A stretch of 64,000 nucleotides of DNA from Eledone cirrhosa. Taxonomy: Eukaryota. Shown here piece by piece: positions 1-15,000 of the stretch. The number at the start of each line of letters is the position of its first letter. Position 1 is the stretch's first letter. The notes under the pieces were generated by a model. The model made no database searches and was not told where the DNA came from. It saw nothing but the letters and a program-made list of their open reading frames with translations. The stretch covers positions 38,812,001 through 38,876,000 of the forward strand of contig OZ024750.1 of the NCBI GenBank assembly GCA_964016885.1. The letters run 5' to 3'. The position numbers and the translations under genes were made by a program.

Positions 1-3000
1 TATAGGACAGTGTCTAGTAATGTAGGTATAGGACAGTGTCTAATAATGTAGGTACTGGACAGTGTCTAGTAGTGTAGATACAGGACAGTGTCTAGTAATG
101 TAGGTACAGGACAGTGTATAGTCATGTAGGTACTGGACAGTGTCTAGTAATGTAGGTACTGGACAGTGTCTAGTAATGTAGGTACAGGACAGTGTCTAGT
201 AATATATGTACAGGATAGTGTCTAGTAGTGTAGGTACAGGACAGTGTCTAGTAGTGTAGGTACTGGACAGTGTCTAGTAGTGTAGGTACAGGACAATGTC
301 TAGTAATGCAGGTACTGGACAGTGACTAGTAATGTAGGTACATGACAGTGTCTTGTAATGTAGGCACAGGACAGTGTCTAGTAATGTAGGTATAGGACAG
401 TGTCTAGTAGTGTAGGTACAGGAGAGTGTCTAGTAGTGTAGGTACTGGACAGTGTCTAGTAATGTACGTACAGGACAGTGTCTAGTAATGTAGGTACAGG
501 ACTGTGACTAGTAATGTAGGTACAGGACAGTGTCTAGTAATGTAGGTACTGGACAGTGTCTAGTAGTGTAGGTACAGGACAGTGACTAGTAATGTAGGTA
601 CAGGACAGTGTCTAGTAATGTAGGTACTTGACAGTGACTAGTAATGTAGGTACAGGACAGTGTCTTGTAGTGTAGGTACTGGACAGTGTCTAGTAGTGTA
701 GGTACAGGACAGTGTCTAGTAATGTAGGTACAGGACAGTGTCTAGTAATGTAGGTATAGGACAGTGTCTAGTAGTGTAGGTACAGGACAGTGTCTAGTAG
801 TGTAGGTACTGGACAGTGTCTAGTAATGTAGGTACAGGACAGTGTCTAGTAATGTAGGTACAGGACAGTGACTAGTAATGTAGGTACAGGACAGTGTCTA
901 GTAATGTAGGTACTGGACAGTGTCTAGTAATGTAGGTACTGGACAGTGTCTAGTAGTGTAGGTACAGGACAGTGTCTAGTAATGTAGGTACAGGACAGTG
1001 TCTAGTAATGTAGGTACTGGACAGTGTCTAGTAGTGTAGGTACAGGACAGTGTCTAGTAATGTAGGTACTGGACAGTGACTAGTAATGTAGGTACATGAC
1101 AGTGTCTTGTAATGTAGGCACAGGACAGTGTCTAGTAATGTAGGTATAGGACAGTGTCTAGTAGTGTAGGTACAGGACAGTGTCTAGTAGTGTAGGTACT
1201 GGACAGTGTCTAGTAATGTACGTACAGGACAGTGTCTAGTAATGTAGGTACAGGACTGTGACTAGTAATGTAGGTACAGGACAGTGTCTAGTAATGTAGG
1301 TACTGGACAGTGTCTAGTAGTGTAGGTACAGGACAGTGACTAGTAATGTAGGTACAGGACAGTGTCTAGTAATGTAGGTACTTGACAGTGACTAGTAATG
1401 TAGGTACAGGACAGTGTCTTGTAGTGTAGGTACTGGACAGTGTCTAGTAGTGTAGGTACAGGACAGTGTCTAGTAATGTAGGTACAGGACAGTGTCTAGT
1501 AATGTAGGTATAGGACAGTGTCTAGTAGTGTAGGTACAGGACAGTGTCTAGTAGTGTAGGTACTGGACAGTGTCTAGTAATGTAGGTACAGGACAGTGTC
1601 TAGTAATGTAGGTACAGGACAGTGACTAGTAATGTAGGTACAGGACAGTGTCTAGTAATGTAGGTACTGGACAGTGTCTAGTAATGTAGGTACAGGACAG
1701 TGTCTAGTAATGTAGGTACAGGACAGTGACTAGTAATGTAGGTACAGGACAGTGTCTAGTAATGTAGGTACTGGACAGTGTCTAGTAATGTAGGTACTGG
1801 ACAGTGTCTAGTAGTGTAGGTACAGGACAGTGTCTAGTAATGTAGGTACTGGACAGTGTCTAGTAGTGTAGGTACAGGACAGTGTCTAGTAATGTAGGTA
1901 CAGGACAGTGTCTAGTAATGTAGGTACTTGACAGTGACTAGTAATGTAGGTACAGGACAGTTTCTAGTAATGTAGGTACAGGACAGTGTCTAGTAATGTA
2001 GGTACAGGACAGTGTCTAGTAATGTAGGTACAGGACAGTGTCTAGTAATGTAGGTACTGGACAGTGTCTAGTAATGTAGGTACTGGACATTGTCTAGTAA
2101 TGTAGGTATAGGACAGTGTCTAGTAGTGTAGGTACAGGAGAGTGTCTAGTAGTGTAGGTACTGGACATTGTCTAGTAATGTAGGTATAGGACAGTGTCTA
2201 GTAGTGTAGGTACAGGAGAGTGTCTAGTAGTGTAGGTACTGGACAGTGTCTAGTAATGTACGTACAGGACAGTGTCTAGTAATGTAGGTACTGGACAGTG
2301 TCTAGTAGTGTAGGTACAGGACAGTGACTAGTAATGTAGGTACAGGACAGTATCTAGTAATGTAGGTACTTGACAGTGACTAGTAATGTAGGTACAGGAC
2401 AGTGTCTTGTAGTGTAGGTACTGGACAGTGTCTAGTAGTGTAGGTACAGGACAGTGTCTAGTAATGTAGGTACAGGACAGTGTCTAGTAATGTAGGTATA
2501 GGACAGTGTCTAGTAGTGTAGGTACAGGACAGTGTCTAGTAGTGTAGGTACTGGACAGTGTCTAGTAATGTAGGTACAGGACAGTGTCTAGTAATGTAGG
2601 TACAGGACAGTGTCTTGTAATGTAGGTACTGGACAGTGTCTAGTAATGTAGGTACTGGACAGTGTCTAGTAGTGTAGGTACAGGACAGTGTCTAGTAATG
2701 TAGGTACAGGACAGTGTCTAGTAATGTAGGTACTGGACAGTGTCTAGTAGTGTAGGTACAGGACAGTGTCTAGTAATGTAGGTACAGGACAGTGTCTAGT
2801 AATGTAGGTACTTGACAGTGACTAGTAATGTAGGTACAGGACAGTTTCTAGTAATGTAGGTACAGGACAGTGTCTAGTAATGTAGGTACAGGACAGTGTC
2901 TAGTAATGTAGGTACAGGACAGTGTCTAGTAATGTAGGTACTGGACAGTGTCTAGTAATGTAGGTACTGGACATTGTCTAGTAGTGTAGGTACAGGACAG

Positions 3001-6000
3001 TGTCTAGTAGTGTAGGTACAGGGCAGTGTCTATTAATGTAGGTACAGGACAGTGTCTAGTAATGTAGGTACAGGACAGTGTCTAGTAATGTAGGTACAGG
3101 ACAGTGTCTAGTAGTGTAGGTACTTGACAGTGTCTAGTAGTGTAGGTACTGGACAGTGTCTAGTAGTGTAGGTACAGGACAGTCTCTAGTAATGTAGGTA
3201 CAGGACAGTGTCTAGTAATGTAGGTACTGGACAGTGTATAGTAATGTAGGTACAGGACAGTGTCTAGTAATGTAGGTACAGGACATTGTCTAGTAATGTA
3301 GGTATAGAACAGTGTCTAGTAATGTGGGTACTGGACAGTGTCTAGTAATGTAGGTACAGGACAGTGTCTAGTAATGTAAGTACAGGACAGTGTCTAGTAA
3401 TGTAGGTACAGGACAGTGTCTAGTAATGTGGGTACTGGACAGAGTCTAGTAATGTGGGTACAGGACAGTGTCTAGTAATGTAGGTACAGGACAGTGTCTA
3501 GTAGTGTAGGTACTGGACAGTGTCTAGTAGTGTAGGTACAGGACAGTGTCTAGTAATGTAGGTACAGGACAGTGACTAGTAATGTAGTTACTGGACAGTG
3601 TCTAGTAGTGTAGGTACAGGACAGTGTGTAGTAATTTAGGTACAGGACAGTGTGTAGTAATGTAGGTACAGGACAGTGTCTAGTATTGTAGGTACTGGAC
3701 AGTGTCTAGTAATGTTGGTACTGGACAGTGTCTAGTAACGTTGGTACTGGACAGTGTCTAGTAATGTAGCTATTGGACAGTGTCTAGTAATGTAGGTACC
3801 AGACAGTGTCTAGTAATGTAGGTACTGGACTGTGTCTAGTAATGTAGGTACTGGACAGTGTCTAGTAATGTAGGTACAGGCCAGTGTCTAGTAATGTAGG
3901 TACTGGACAGTGTCTAGTAGTGTAGGTACTGGACAGTGTCTAGTAGTGTAGGTACAGGACAGTGTCTAGTAATGTAGGTACTGGAAAGTGTCTAGTAATG
4001 TAGGTACAGGACAGTGTCTAGTAGAGTAGGTACTGGACAGTGTCTAGTAATGTAGGTACAGGACAGTGTCTAGTAATGTAGGTACTGGACAGTGTCTAGT
4101 AGTGTAGGTACTGGACAGTGTCTAGTAATGTAGGTACTGGACAGTGTCTAGTAATGTAGGTATAGGACAGTGTCTAGTAATGTAGGTATAGGACAGTGTC
4201 TAATAATGTAGGTACAGCACAGTGTCTAGTAATGTAGGTATAGGACAGTGTCTAGTAATGTAGGTACAGGACAGTGTCTAGTAATGTAGGTATAGGACAG
4301 TGTCTAGTACTGTAGGTACAGGACAGTGTCTAGTAATGTAGGTACAGGACAGTGTATAGTCATGTAGGTACTGGACAGTGTCTAGTAATGTGGGTACTGG
4401 ACAGTGTCTAGTAATGTAGGTACAGGACAGTTTCTAGTAATGTAAGTATAGGACAGTGTCTAGTAATGTAGGTACAGGAGAATGTTTAGTAATATATGTA
4501 CAGGACAGTTTCTAGTAATGTAGGTACTGGACAGTGTCTAGTAATGTAGGTACAGGACAGTGTCTAGTAATGTAGGTATAGGACAGTGTCTAGTAATGTA
4601 GGTACAGGAGAATGTCTAGTAATATATGTACAGGACAGTGTCTAGTAATGTAGGTACAGGACAGTGTCTAGTAGTGTAGGTACAGGACAGTGTCTAGTAG
4701 TGTAGGTACAGGACAGTGTCTAGTAGTGTAGGTACTGGACAGTGTCTAGTAGTGTAGGTACAGGACAGTGTCTAGTAATGTAGGTACTGGACAGTGACTA
4801 GTAATGTAGGTACATGACAGTGTCTTGTAATGTAGGTACAGGACAGTGTCTAGTAATGTAGGTATAGGACAGTGTCTAGTAGTGTAGGTACAGGACAGTG
4901 TCTAGTAGTGTAGGTACTGGACAGTGTCTAGTAATGTAGGTACAGGACAGTGTCTAGTAATGTAGGTACAGGACAGTGACTAGTAATGTAGGTACAGGAC
5001 AGTGTCTAGTAGTGTAGGTACAGGACAGTGTCTAGTAGTGTAGGTACAGGACAGTGTCTAGTAATGTAGGTACAGGACAGTGTCTAGTAATGTAGGTACT
5101 TGACAGTGACTAGTAATGTAGGTACAGGATAGTGTCTATTAATGTAGGTACAGGACAGTGTCTAGTAATGTAGGTACTTGACAGTGACTAGTAATGTAGG
5201 TACAGGACAGTGTCTAGTAATGTAGGTACTGGACAGTGTCTAGTAGTGTAGATACAGGACAGTGTCTAGTAATGTAGGTACTGGACAGTGTCTAGTAGTG
5301 TAGGTACAGGACAGTGTCTAGTAATGTAGGTACAGGACAGTGTCTAGTAATGTAGGTACTTGACAGTGACTAGTAATGTAGGTACAGGACAGTGTCTAGT
5401 AATGTAGGTACAGGACAGTGTCTAGTAATGTAAGTACAGGACAGTGTCTAGTAATGTAGGTACAGGTCAGTGTCTAGTAATGTAGGTACTGGACAGTGTC
5501 TAGTAATGTAGGTACTGGACAGTGTCTAGTAGTGTAGGTACAGGACAGTGTCTAGTAATGTAGGTACAGGACAGTGACTAGTAATGTAGGTACAGGACAG
5601 TGTCTAGTAATGTAGGTACAGGACAGTGTCTAGTAATGTAAGTACAGGACAGTGTCTAGTAATGTAGGTACAGGACAGTGTCTAGTAATGTAGGTACAGG
5701 ACAGTGTCTAGTAATGTAGGTACTTGACAGTGACTAGTAATGTAGGTACAGGACAGTGTCTAGTAATGTAGGTACAGGACAGTGTCTAGTAATGTAGGTA
5801 CTTGACAGTGACTAGTAATGTAAGTACAGGATAGTGTCTAGTAATGTAGGTACAGGACAGTGTCTAGTAATGTAGGTACTTGACAGTGACTAGTAATGTA
5901 GGTACAGGACAGTGTCTAGTAATGTAGGTACTGGACAGTGTCTAGTAGTGTAGGTACAGGACAGTGTCTAGTAATGTAGGTACTGGACAGTGTCTAGTAG

Positions 6001-9000
6001 TGTAGGTACAGGACAGTGTCTAGTAATGTAGGTACAGGACAGTGTCTAGTAATGTAGGTACAGGACAGTGTCTAGTAATGTAGGTACAGGACAGTGTCTA
6101 GTAATGTAGGTACAGGACAGTGTCTAGTAGCATAGGTACAGGACAGTGTATAGTAATGTAGGTACAGGACAGTGTCTAGTAATGTAGATACAGGACAGTG
6201 TCTAGTAGTGTAGGTACTGGACAGTGTCTAGTAGTGTAGGTACTGGACAGTGTCTAGTAATGTAGGTACAGGACAGTGTCTAGTAATATATGTACAGGAT
6301 AGTGTCTAGTAGTGTAGGTACAGGACAGTGTCTAGTAGTGTAGGTACTGGACAGTGTCTAGTAGTGTAGGTACAGGACAATGTCTAGTAATGCAGGTACT
6401 GGACAGTGACTAGTAATGTAGGTACATGACAGTGTCTTGTAATGTAGGCACAGGACAGTGTCTAGTAATGTAGGTATAGGACAGTGTCTAGTAGTGTAGG
6501 TACAGGAGAGTGTCTAGTAGTGTAGGTACTGGACAGTGTCTAGTAATGTACGTACAGGACAGTGTCTAGTAATGTAGGTACAGGACTGTGACTAGTAATG
6601 TAGGTACAGGACAGTGTCTAGTAATGTAGGTACTGGACAGTGTCTAGTAGTGTAGGTACAGGACAGTGACTAGTAATGTAGGTACAGGACAGTGTCTAGT
6701 AATGTAGGTACTTGACAGTGACTAGTAATGTAGGTACAGGACAGTGTCTTGTAGTGTAGGTACTGGACAGTGTCTAGTAGTGTAGGTACAGGACAGTGTC
6801 TAGTAATGTAGGTACAGGACAGTGTCTAGTAATGTAGGTATAGGACAGTGTCTAGTAGTGTAGGTACAGGACAGTGTCTAGTAGTGTAGGTACTGGACAG
6901 TGTCTAGTAATGTAGGTACAGGACAGTGTCTAGTAATGTAGGTACAGGACAGTGACTAGTAATGTAGGTACAGGACAGTGTCTAGTAATGTAGGTACTGG
7001 ACAGTGTCTAGTAATGTAGGTACTGGACAGTGTCTAGTAGTGTAGGTACAGGACAGTGTCTAGTAATGTAGGTACAGGACAGTGTCTAGTAATGTAGGTA
7101 CTGGACAGTGTCTAGTAGTGTAGGTACAGGACAGTGTCTAGTAATGTAGGTACTGGACAGTGACTAGTAATGTAGGTACATGACAGTGTCTTGTAATGTA
7201 GGCACAGGACAGTGTCTAGTAATGTAGGTATAGGACAGTGTCTAGTAGTGTAGGTACAGGACAGTGTCTAGTAGTGTAGGTACTGGACAGTGTCTAGTAA
7301 TGTACGTACAGGACAGTGTCTAGTAATGTAGGTACAGGACTGTGACTAGTAATGTAGGTACAGGACAGTGTCTAGTAATGTAGGTACTGGACAGTGTCTA
7401 GTAGTGTAGGTACAGGACAGTGACTAGTAATGTAGGTACAGGACAGTGTCTAGTAATGTAGGTACTTGACAGTGACTAGTAATGTAGGTACAGGACAGTG
7501 TCTTGTAGTGTAGGTACTGGACAGTGTCTAGTAGTGTAGGTACAGGACAGTGTCTAGTAATGTAGGTACAGGACAGTGTCTAGTAATGTAGGTATAGGAC
7601 AGTGTCTAGTAGTGTAGGTACAGGACAGTGTCTAGTAGTGTAGGTACTGGACAGTGTCTAGTAATGTAGGTACAGGACAGTGTCTAGTAATGTAGGTACA
7701 GGACAGTGACTAGTAATGTAGGTACAGGACAGTGTCTAGTAATGTAGGTACTGGACAGTGTCTAGTAATGTAGGTACAGGACAGTGTCTAGTAATGTAGG
7801 TACAGGACAGTGACTAGTAATGTAGGTACAGGACAGTGTCTAGTAATGTAGGTACTGGACAGTGTCTAGTAATGTAGGTACTGGACAGTGTCTAGTAGTG
7901 TAGGTACAGGACAGTGTCTAGTAATGTAGGTACTGGACAGTGTCTAGTAGTGTAGGTACAGGACAGTGTCTAGTAATGTAGGTACAGGACAGTGTCTAGT
8001 AATGTAGGTACTTGACAGTGACTAGTAATGTAGGTACAGGACAGTTTCTAGTAATGTAGGTACAGGACAGTGTCTAGTAATGTAGGTACAGGACAGTGTC
8101 TAGTAATGTAGGTACAGGACAGTGTCTAGTAATGTAGGTACTGGACAGTGTCTAGTAATGTAGGTACTGGACATTGTCTAGTAATGTAGGTATAGGACAG
8201 TGTCTAGTAGTGTAGGTACAGGAGAGTGTCTAGTAGTGTAGGTACTGGACATTGTCTAGTAATGTAGGTATAGGACAGTGTCTAGTAGTGTAGGTACAGG
8301 AGAGTGTCTAGTAGTGTAGGTACTGGACAGTGTCTAGTAATGTACGTACAGGACAGTGTCTAGTAATGTAGGTACTGGACAGTGTCTAGTAGTGTAGGTA
8401 CAGGACAGTGACTAGTAATGTAGGTACAGGACAGTATCTAGTAATGTAGGTACTTGACAGTGACTAGTAATGTAGGTACAGGACAGTGTCTTGTAGTGTA
8501 GGTACTGGACAGTGTCTAGTAGTGTAGGTACAGGACAGTGTCTAGTAATGTAGGTACAGGACAGTGTCTAGTAATGTAGGTATAGGACAGTGTCTAGTAG
8601 TGTAGGTACAGGACAGTGTCTAGTAGTGTAGGTACTGGACAGTGTCTAGTAATGTAGGTACAGGACAGTGTCTAGTAATGTAGGTACAGGACAGTGTCTT
8701 GTAATGTAGGTACTGGACAGTGTCTAGTAATGTAGGTACTGGACAGTGTCTAGTAGTGTAGGTACAGGACAGTGTCTAGTAATGTAGGTACAGGACAGTG
8801 TCTAGTAATGTAGGTACTGGACAGTGTCTAGTAGTGTAGGTACAGGACAGTGTCTAGTAATGTAGGTACAGGACAGTGTCTAGTAATGTAGGTACTTGAC
8901 AGTGACTAGTAATGTAGGTACAGGACAGTTTCTAGTAATGTAGGTACAGGACAGTGTCTAGTAATGTAGGTACAGGACAGTGTCTAGTAATGTAGGTACA

Positions 9001-12000
9001 GGACAGTGTCTAGTAATGTAGGTACTGGACAGTGTCTAGTAATGTAGGTACTGGACATTGTCTAGTAGTGTAGGTACAGGACAGTGTCTAGTAGTGTAGG
9101 TACAGGGCAGTGTCTATTAATGTAGGTACAGGACAGTGTCTAGTAATGTAGGTACAGGACAGTGTCTAGTAATGTAGGTACAGGACAGTGTCTAGTAGTG
9201 TAGGTACTTGACAGTGTCTAGTAGTGTAGGTACTGGACAGTGTCTAGTAGTGTAGGTACAGGACAGTCTCTAGTAATGTAGGTACAGGACAGTGTCTAGT
9301 AATGTAGGTACTGGACAGTGTATAGTAATGTAGGTACAGGACAGTGTCTAGTAATGTAGGTACAGGACATTGTCTAGTAATGTAGGTATAGAACAGTGTC
9401 TAGTAATGTGGGTACTGGACAGTGTCTAGTAATGTAGGTACAGGACAGTGTCTAGTAATGTAAGTACAGGACAGTGTCTAGTAATGTAGGTACAGGACAG
9501 TGTCTAGTAATGTGGGTACTGGACAGAGTCTAGTAATGTGGGTACAGGACAGTGTCTAGTAATGTAGGTACAGGACAGTGTCTAGTAGTGTAGGTACTGG
9601 ACAGTGTCTAGTAGTGTAGGTACAGGACAGTGTCTAGTAATGTAGGTACAGGACAGTGACTAGTAATGTAGTTACTGGACAGTGTCTAGTAGTGTAGGTA
9701 CAGGACAGTGTGTAGTAATTTAGGTACAGGACAGTGTGTAGTAATGTAGGTACAGGACAGTGTCTAGTATTGTAGGTACTGGACAGTGTCTAGTAATGTT
9801 GGTACTGGACAGTGTCTAGTAACGTTGGTACTGGACAGTGTCTAGTAATGTAGCTATTGGACAGTGTCTAGTAATGTAGGTACCAGACAGTGTCTAGTAA
9901 TGTAGGTACTGGACTGTGTCTAGTAATGTAGGTACTGGACAGTGTCTAGTAATGTAGGTACAGGCCAGTGTCTAGTAATGTAGGTACTGGACAGTGTCTA
10001 GTAGTGTAGGTACTGGACAGTGTCTAGTAGTGTAGGTACAGGACAGTGTCTAGTAATGTAGGTACTGGAAAGTGTCTAGTAATGTAGGTACAGGACAGTG
10101 TCTAGTAGAGTAGGTACTGGACAGTGTCTAGTAATGTAGGTACAGGACAGTGTCTAGTAATGTAGGTACTGGACAGTGTCTAGTAGTGTAGGTACTGGAC
10201 AGTGTCTAGTAATGTAGGTACTGGACAGTGTCTAGTAATGTAGGTATAGGACAGTGTCTAGTAATGTAGGTATAGGACAGTGTCTAATAATGTAGGTACA
10301 GCACAGTGTCTAGTAATGTAGGTATAGGACAGTGTCTAGTAATGTAGGTACAGGACAGTGTCTAGTAATGTAGGTATAGGACAGTGTCTAGTACTGTAGG
10401 TACAGGACAGTGTCTAGTAATGTAGGTACAGGACAGTGTATAGTCATGTAGGTACTGGACAGTGTCTAGTAATGTGGGTACTGGACAGTGTCTAGTAATG
10501 TAGGTACAGGACAGTTTCTAGTAATGTAAGTATAGGACAGTGTCTAGTAATGTAGGTACAGGAGAATGTTTAGTAATATATGTACAGGACAGTTTCTAGT
10601 AATGTAGGTACTGGACAGTGTCTAGTAATGTAGGTACAGGACAGTGTCTAGTAATGTAGGTATAGGACAGTGTCTAGTAATGTAGGTACAGGAGAATGTC
10701 TAGTAATATATGTACAGGACAGTGTCTAGTAATGTAGGTACAGGACAGTGTCTAGTAGTGTAGGTACAGGACAGTGTCTAGTAGTGTAGGTACAGGACAG
10801 TGTCTAGTAGTGTAGGTACTGGACAGTGTCTAGTAGTGTAGGTACAGGACAGTGTCTAGTAATGTAGGTACTGGACAGTGACTAGTAATGTAGGTACATG
10901 ACAGTGTCTTGTAATGTAGGTACAGGACAGTGTCTAGTAATGTAGGTATAGGACAGTGTCTAGTAGTGTAGGTACAGGACAGTGTCTAGTAGTGTAGGTA
11001 CTGGACAGTGTCTAGTAATGTAGGTACAGGACAGTGTCTAGTAATGTAGGTACAGGACAGTGACTAGTAATGTAGGTACAGGACAGTGTCTAGTAGTGTA
11101 GGTACAGGACAGTGTCTAGTAGTGTAGGTACAGGACAGTGTCTAGTAATGTAGGTACAGGACAGTGTCTAGTAATGTAGGTACTTGACAGTGACTAGTAA
11201 TGTAGGTACAGGATAGTGTCTATTAATGTAGGTACAGGACAGTGTCTAGTAATGTAGGTACTTGACAGTGACTAGTAATGTAGGTACAGGACAGTGTCTA
11301 GTAATGTAGGTACTGGACAGTGTCTAGTAGTGTAGATACAGGACAGTGTCTAGTAATGTAGGTACTGGACAGTGTCTAGTAGTGTAGGTACAGGACAGTG
11401 TCTAGTAATGTAGGTACAGGACAGTGTCTAGTAATGTAGGTACTTGACAGTGACTAGTAATGTAGGTACAGGACAGTGTCTAGTAATGTAGGTACAGGAC
11501 AGTGTCTAGTAATGTAAGTACAGGACAGTGTCTAGTAATGTAGGTACAGGTCAGTGTCTAGTAATGTAGGTACTGGACAGTGTCTAGTAATGTAGGTACT
11601 GGACAGTGTCTAGTAGTGTAGGTACAGGACAGTGTCTAGTAATGTAGGTACAGGACAGTGACTAGTAATGTAGGTACAGGACAGTGTCTAGTAATGTAGG
11701 TACAGGACAGTGTCTAGTAATGTAAGTACAGGACAGTGTCTAGTAATGTAGGTACAGGACAGTGTCTAGTAATGTAGGTACAGGACAGTGTCTAGTAATG
11801 TAGGTACTTGACAGTGACTAGTAATGTAGGTACAGGACAGTGTCTAGTAATGTAGGTACAGGACAGTGTCTAGTAATGTAGGTACTTGACAGTGACTAGT
11901 AATGTAAGTACAGGATAGTGTCTAGTAATGTAGGTACAGGACAGTGTCTAGTAATGTAGGTACTTGACAGTGACTAGTAATGTAGGTACAGGACAGTGTC

Positions 12001-15000
12001 TAGTAATGTAGGTACTGGACAGTGTCTAGTAGTGTAGGTACAGGACAGTGTCTAGTAATGTAGGTACTGGACAGTGTCTAGTAGTGTAGGTACAGGACAG
12101 TGTCTAGTAATGTAGGTACAGGACAGTGTCTAGTAATGTAGGTACAGGACAGTGTCTAGTAATGTAGGTACAGGACAGTGTCTAGTAATGTAGGTACAGG
12201 ACAGTGTCTAGTAGCATAGGTACAGGACAGTGTATAGTAATGTAGGTACAGGACAGTGTCTAGTAATGTAGATACAGGACAGTGTCTAGTAGTGTAGGTA
12301 CTGGACAGTGTCTAGTAGTGTAGGTACTGGACAGTGTCTAGTAGTGTAGGTACAGGACAGTGTCTAGTAATGTAGGTACAGGACAGTGTCTAGTAATGTA
12401 GGTACTGGACAGTGTATAGTAATGTAGGTACAGGACAGTGTCTAGTAATGTAAGTACAGGATAGTGTCTAGTAATGTAAGTACAGGACAGTGTCTAGTAA
12501 TGTAGGTACAGGACAGTGTCTAGTAATGTGGTTACTGGACAGTGTCTAGTAATGTAGGTACAGGACAGTGTCTAGTGTACTGGACAGTGTCTAGTAGTGT
12601 AGGTACTGGACAGTGTCTAGTAGTGTAGGTACAGGACAGTGTCTAGTAATGTAGGTACAGGACAGTGTCTAGTAGTGTAGGTACAGGACAGTGTCTAGTA
12701 GTGTAGGTACTGGACAGTGTCTAGTAGTGTAGGTACTGGACAGTGTCTAGTAATTTAGGTACAGGACAGTGACTAGTAATTTAGGTACAGGACAGTGACT
12801 AGTAATGTAGTTACTGGACAGTGTCTAGTAGTGTAGGTACAGGACAGTGTCTAGTAGTGTAGGTACTGGACAGTGTCTAGTAGTGTAGGTACTGGACAGT
12901 GTCTAGTAGTGTAGGTACAGGACAGTGTCTAGTAGTGTAGGTACAGGACAGTGTCTAGTAATTTAGGTACAGGACAGTGACTAGTAATGTAGGTACAGGA
13001 CAGTGTCTATTAATGTAGGTACAGGTCAGTGTCTAGTAGTGTAGGTACTGGACAGTGTCTAGTAGTGTAGGTACTGGACAGTGACTAGTAATGTAGTTAC
13101 TAGACAGTGTCTAGTAGTGTAGGTACAGGACAGTGTCTAGTAATGTAGGTACAGGACAGTGTCTAGTAATTTAGGTACAGGACAGTGTCTAGTAGTGTAG
13201 GTACAGGACAGTGTCTAATAGTGTAGGTACAGGACAGTGTCTAGTAATGTAGGTACAGGACAGTGTCTAATAGTGTAGGTACATGACAGTGTCTAGTAGT
13301 GTAGGTACAGGACAGTGTCTAGTAATTTAGGTACAGGACAGTAACTAGTAATGTAGGTACAGGACAGTGTCTAGTAGTGTAGGTACTGGACAGTGTCTAG
13401 TAGTGTAGGTACTGGACAGTGACTAGTAATGTAGTTACTGGACAGTGTCTAGTAGTGTAGGTACAGGACAGTGTCTAGTAATGTAGTTACTGGACAGTGT
13501 CTAGTAGTGTAGTTACTGGACAGTGTCTAGTAGTGTAGGTACAGGACAGTGTCTAGTAGTGTAGGTACAGGACAGTGACTAATAATGTAGGTACAGGACA
13601 GTGTCTAATAGTGTAGGTACTGGACAGTGTCTAGTAGTGTAGGTACTGGACAGTGTCTAGTAGTGTAGGTACAGGACAGTGTCTAGTAATGTAGGTACTG
13701 GAAAGTGTCTAGTAATGTAGGTACAGGACAGTGTCTAGTAGAGTAGGTACTGGACAGTGTCTAGTAATGTAGGTACAGGACAGTGTCTAGTAATGTAGGT
13801 ACTGGACAGTGTCTAGTAGTGTAGGTACTGGACAGTGTCTAGTAATGTAGGTACTGGACAGTGTCTAGTAATGTAGGTATAGGACAGTGTCTAGTAATGT
13901 AGGTACAGGACAGTGTCTAGTAATGTAGGTATTGGACAGTGTCTAGTAGTGTAGGTACAGGACAGTGTCTAGTAATGTAGGTACAGGACAGTGTATAGTC
14001 ATGTAGGTACTGGACAGTGTCTAGTAATGTAGGTACTGGATAGTGTCTAGTAATGTAGGTACAGGACAGTGTCTAGTAATGTAGGTATAGGACAGTGTCT
14101 AGTAATGTAGGTACAGGAGAATGTTTAGTAATATATGTACAGGACAGTTTTTAGTAATGTAGGTACAGGACAGTGTCTAGTAGTGTAGGTACAGGACAGT
14201 GTCTAGTAGTGTAGGTACAGGACAGTGTCTAGTAGTGTAGGTACTGGACAGTGTCTAGTAGTGTAGGTACAGGACAGTGTCTAGTAATGTAGGTACAGGA
14301 CAGTGTCTAGTAATGTAGGTACTGGACAGTGTCTAGTAATGTAGGTACTGGACAGTGTCTAGTAGTGTAGGTACAGGACAGTGTCTAGTAATGTAGGTAC
14401 AGGACAGTGTCTAGTAATGTAGGTACTGGACAGTGTCTAGTAGTGTAGGTACAGGACAGTGTCTAGTAATGTAGGTACAGGACAGTGTCTAGTAATGTAG
14501 GTACTTGACAGTGACTAGTAATGTAGGTACAGGACAGTTTCTAGTAATGTAGGTACAGGACAGTGTCTAGTAATGTAGGTACAGGACAGTGTCTAGTAAT
14601 GTAGGTACAGGACAGTGTCTAGTAATGTAGGTACTGGACAGTGTCTAGTAATGTAGGTACTGGACATTGTCTAGTAGTGTAGGTACAGGACAGTGTCTAG
14701 TAGTGTAGGCACAGGACAGTGTCTAGTAATGTAGGTACAGGACAGTGTCTAGTAATGTAGGTACAGGACAGTGTCTAGTAATGTAGGTACAGGACAGTGT
14801 CTAGTAATGTAGGTACAGGACACTGTCTAGTAGCATAGGTACAGGACAGTGTATAGTAGTGTAGGTACAGGACAGTGTCTAGTAATGTAGATATTGGACA
14901 GTGTCTAGTAGTGTAGGTACTTGACAGTGTCTAGTAGTGTAGGTACTGGACAGTGTCTAGTAGTGTAGGTACAGGACAGTCTCTAGTAATGTAGGTACAG

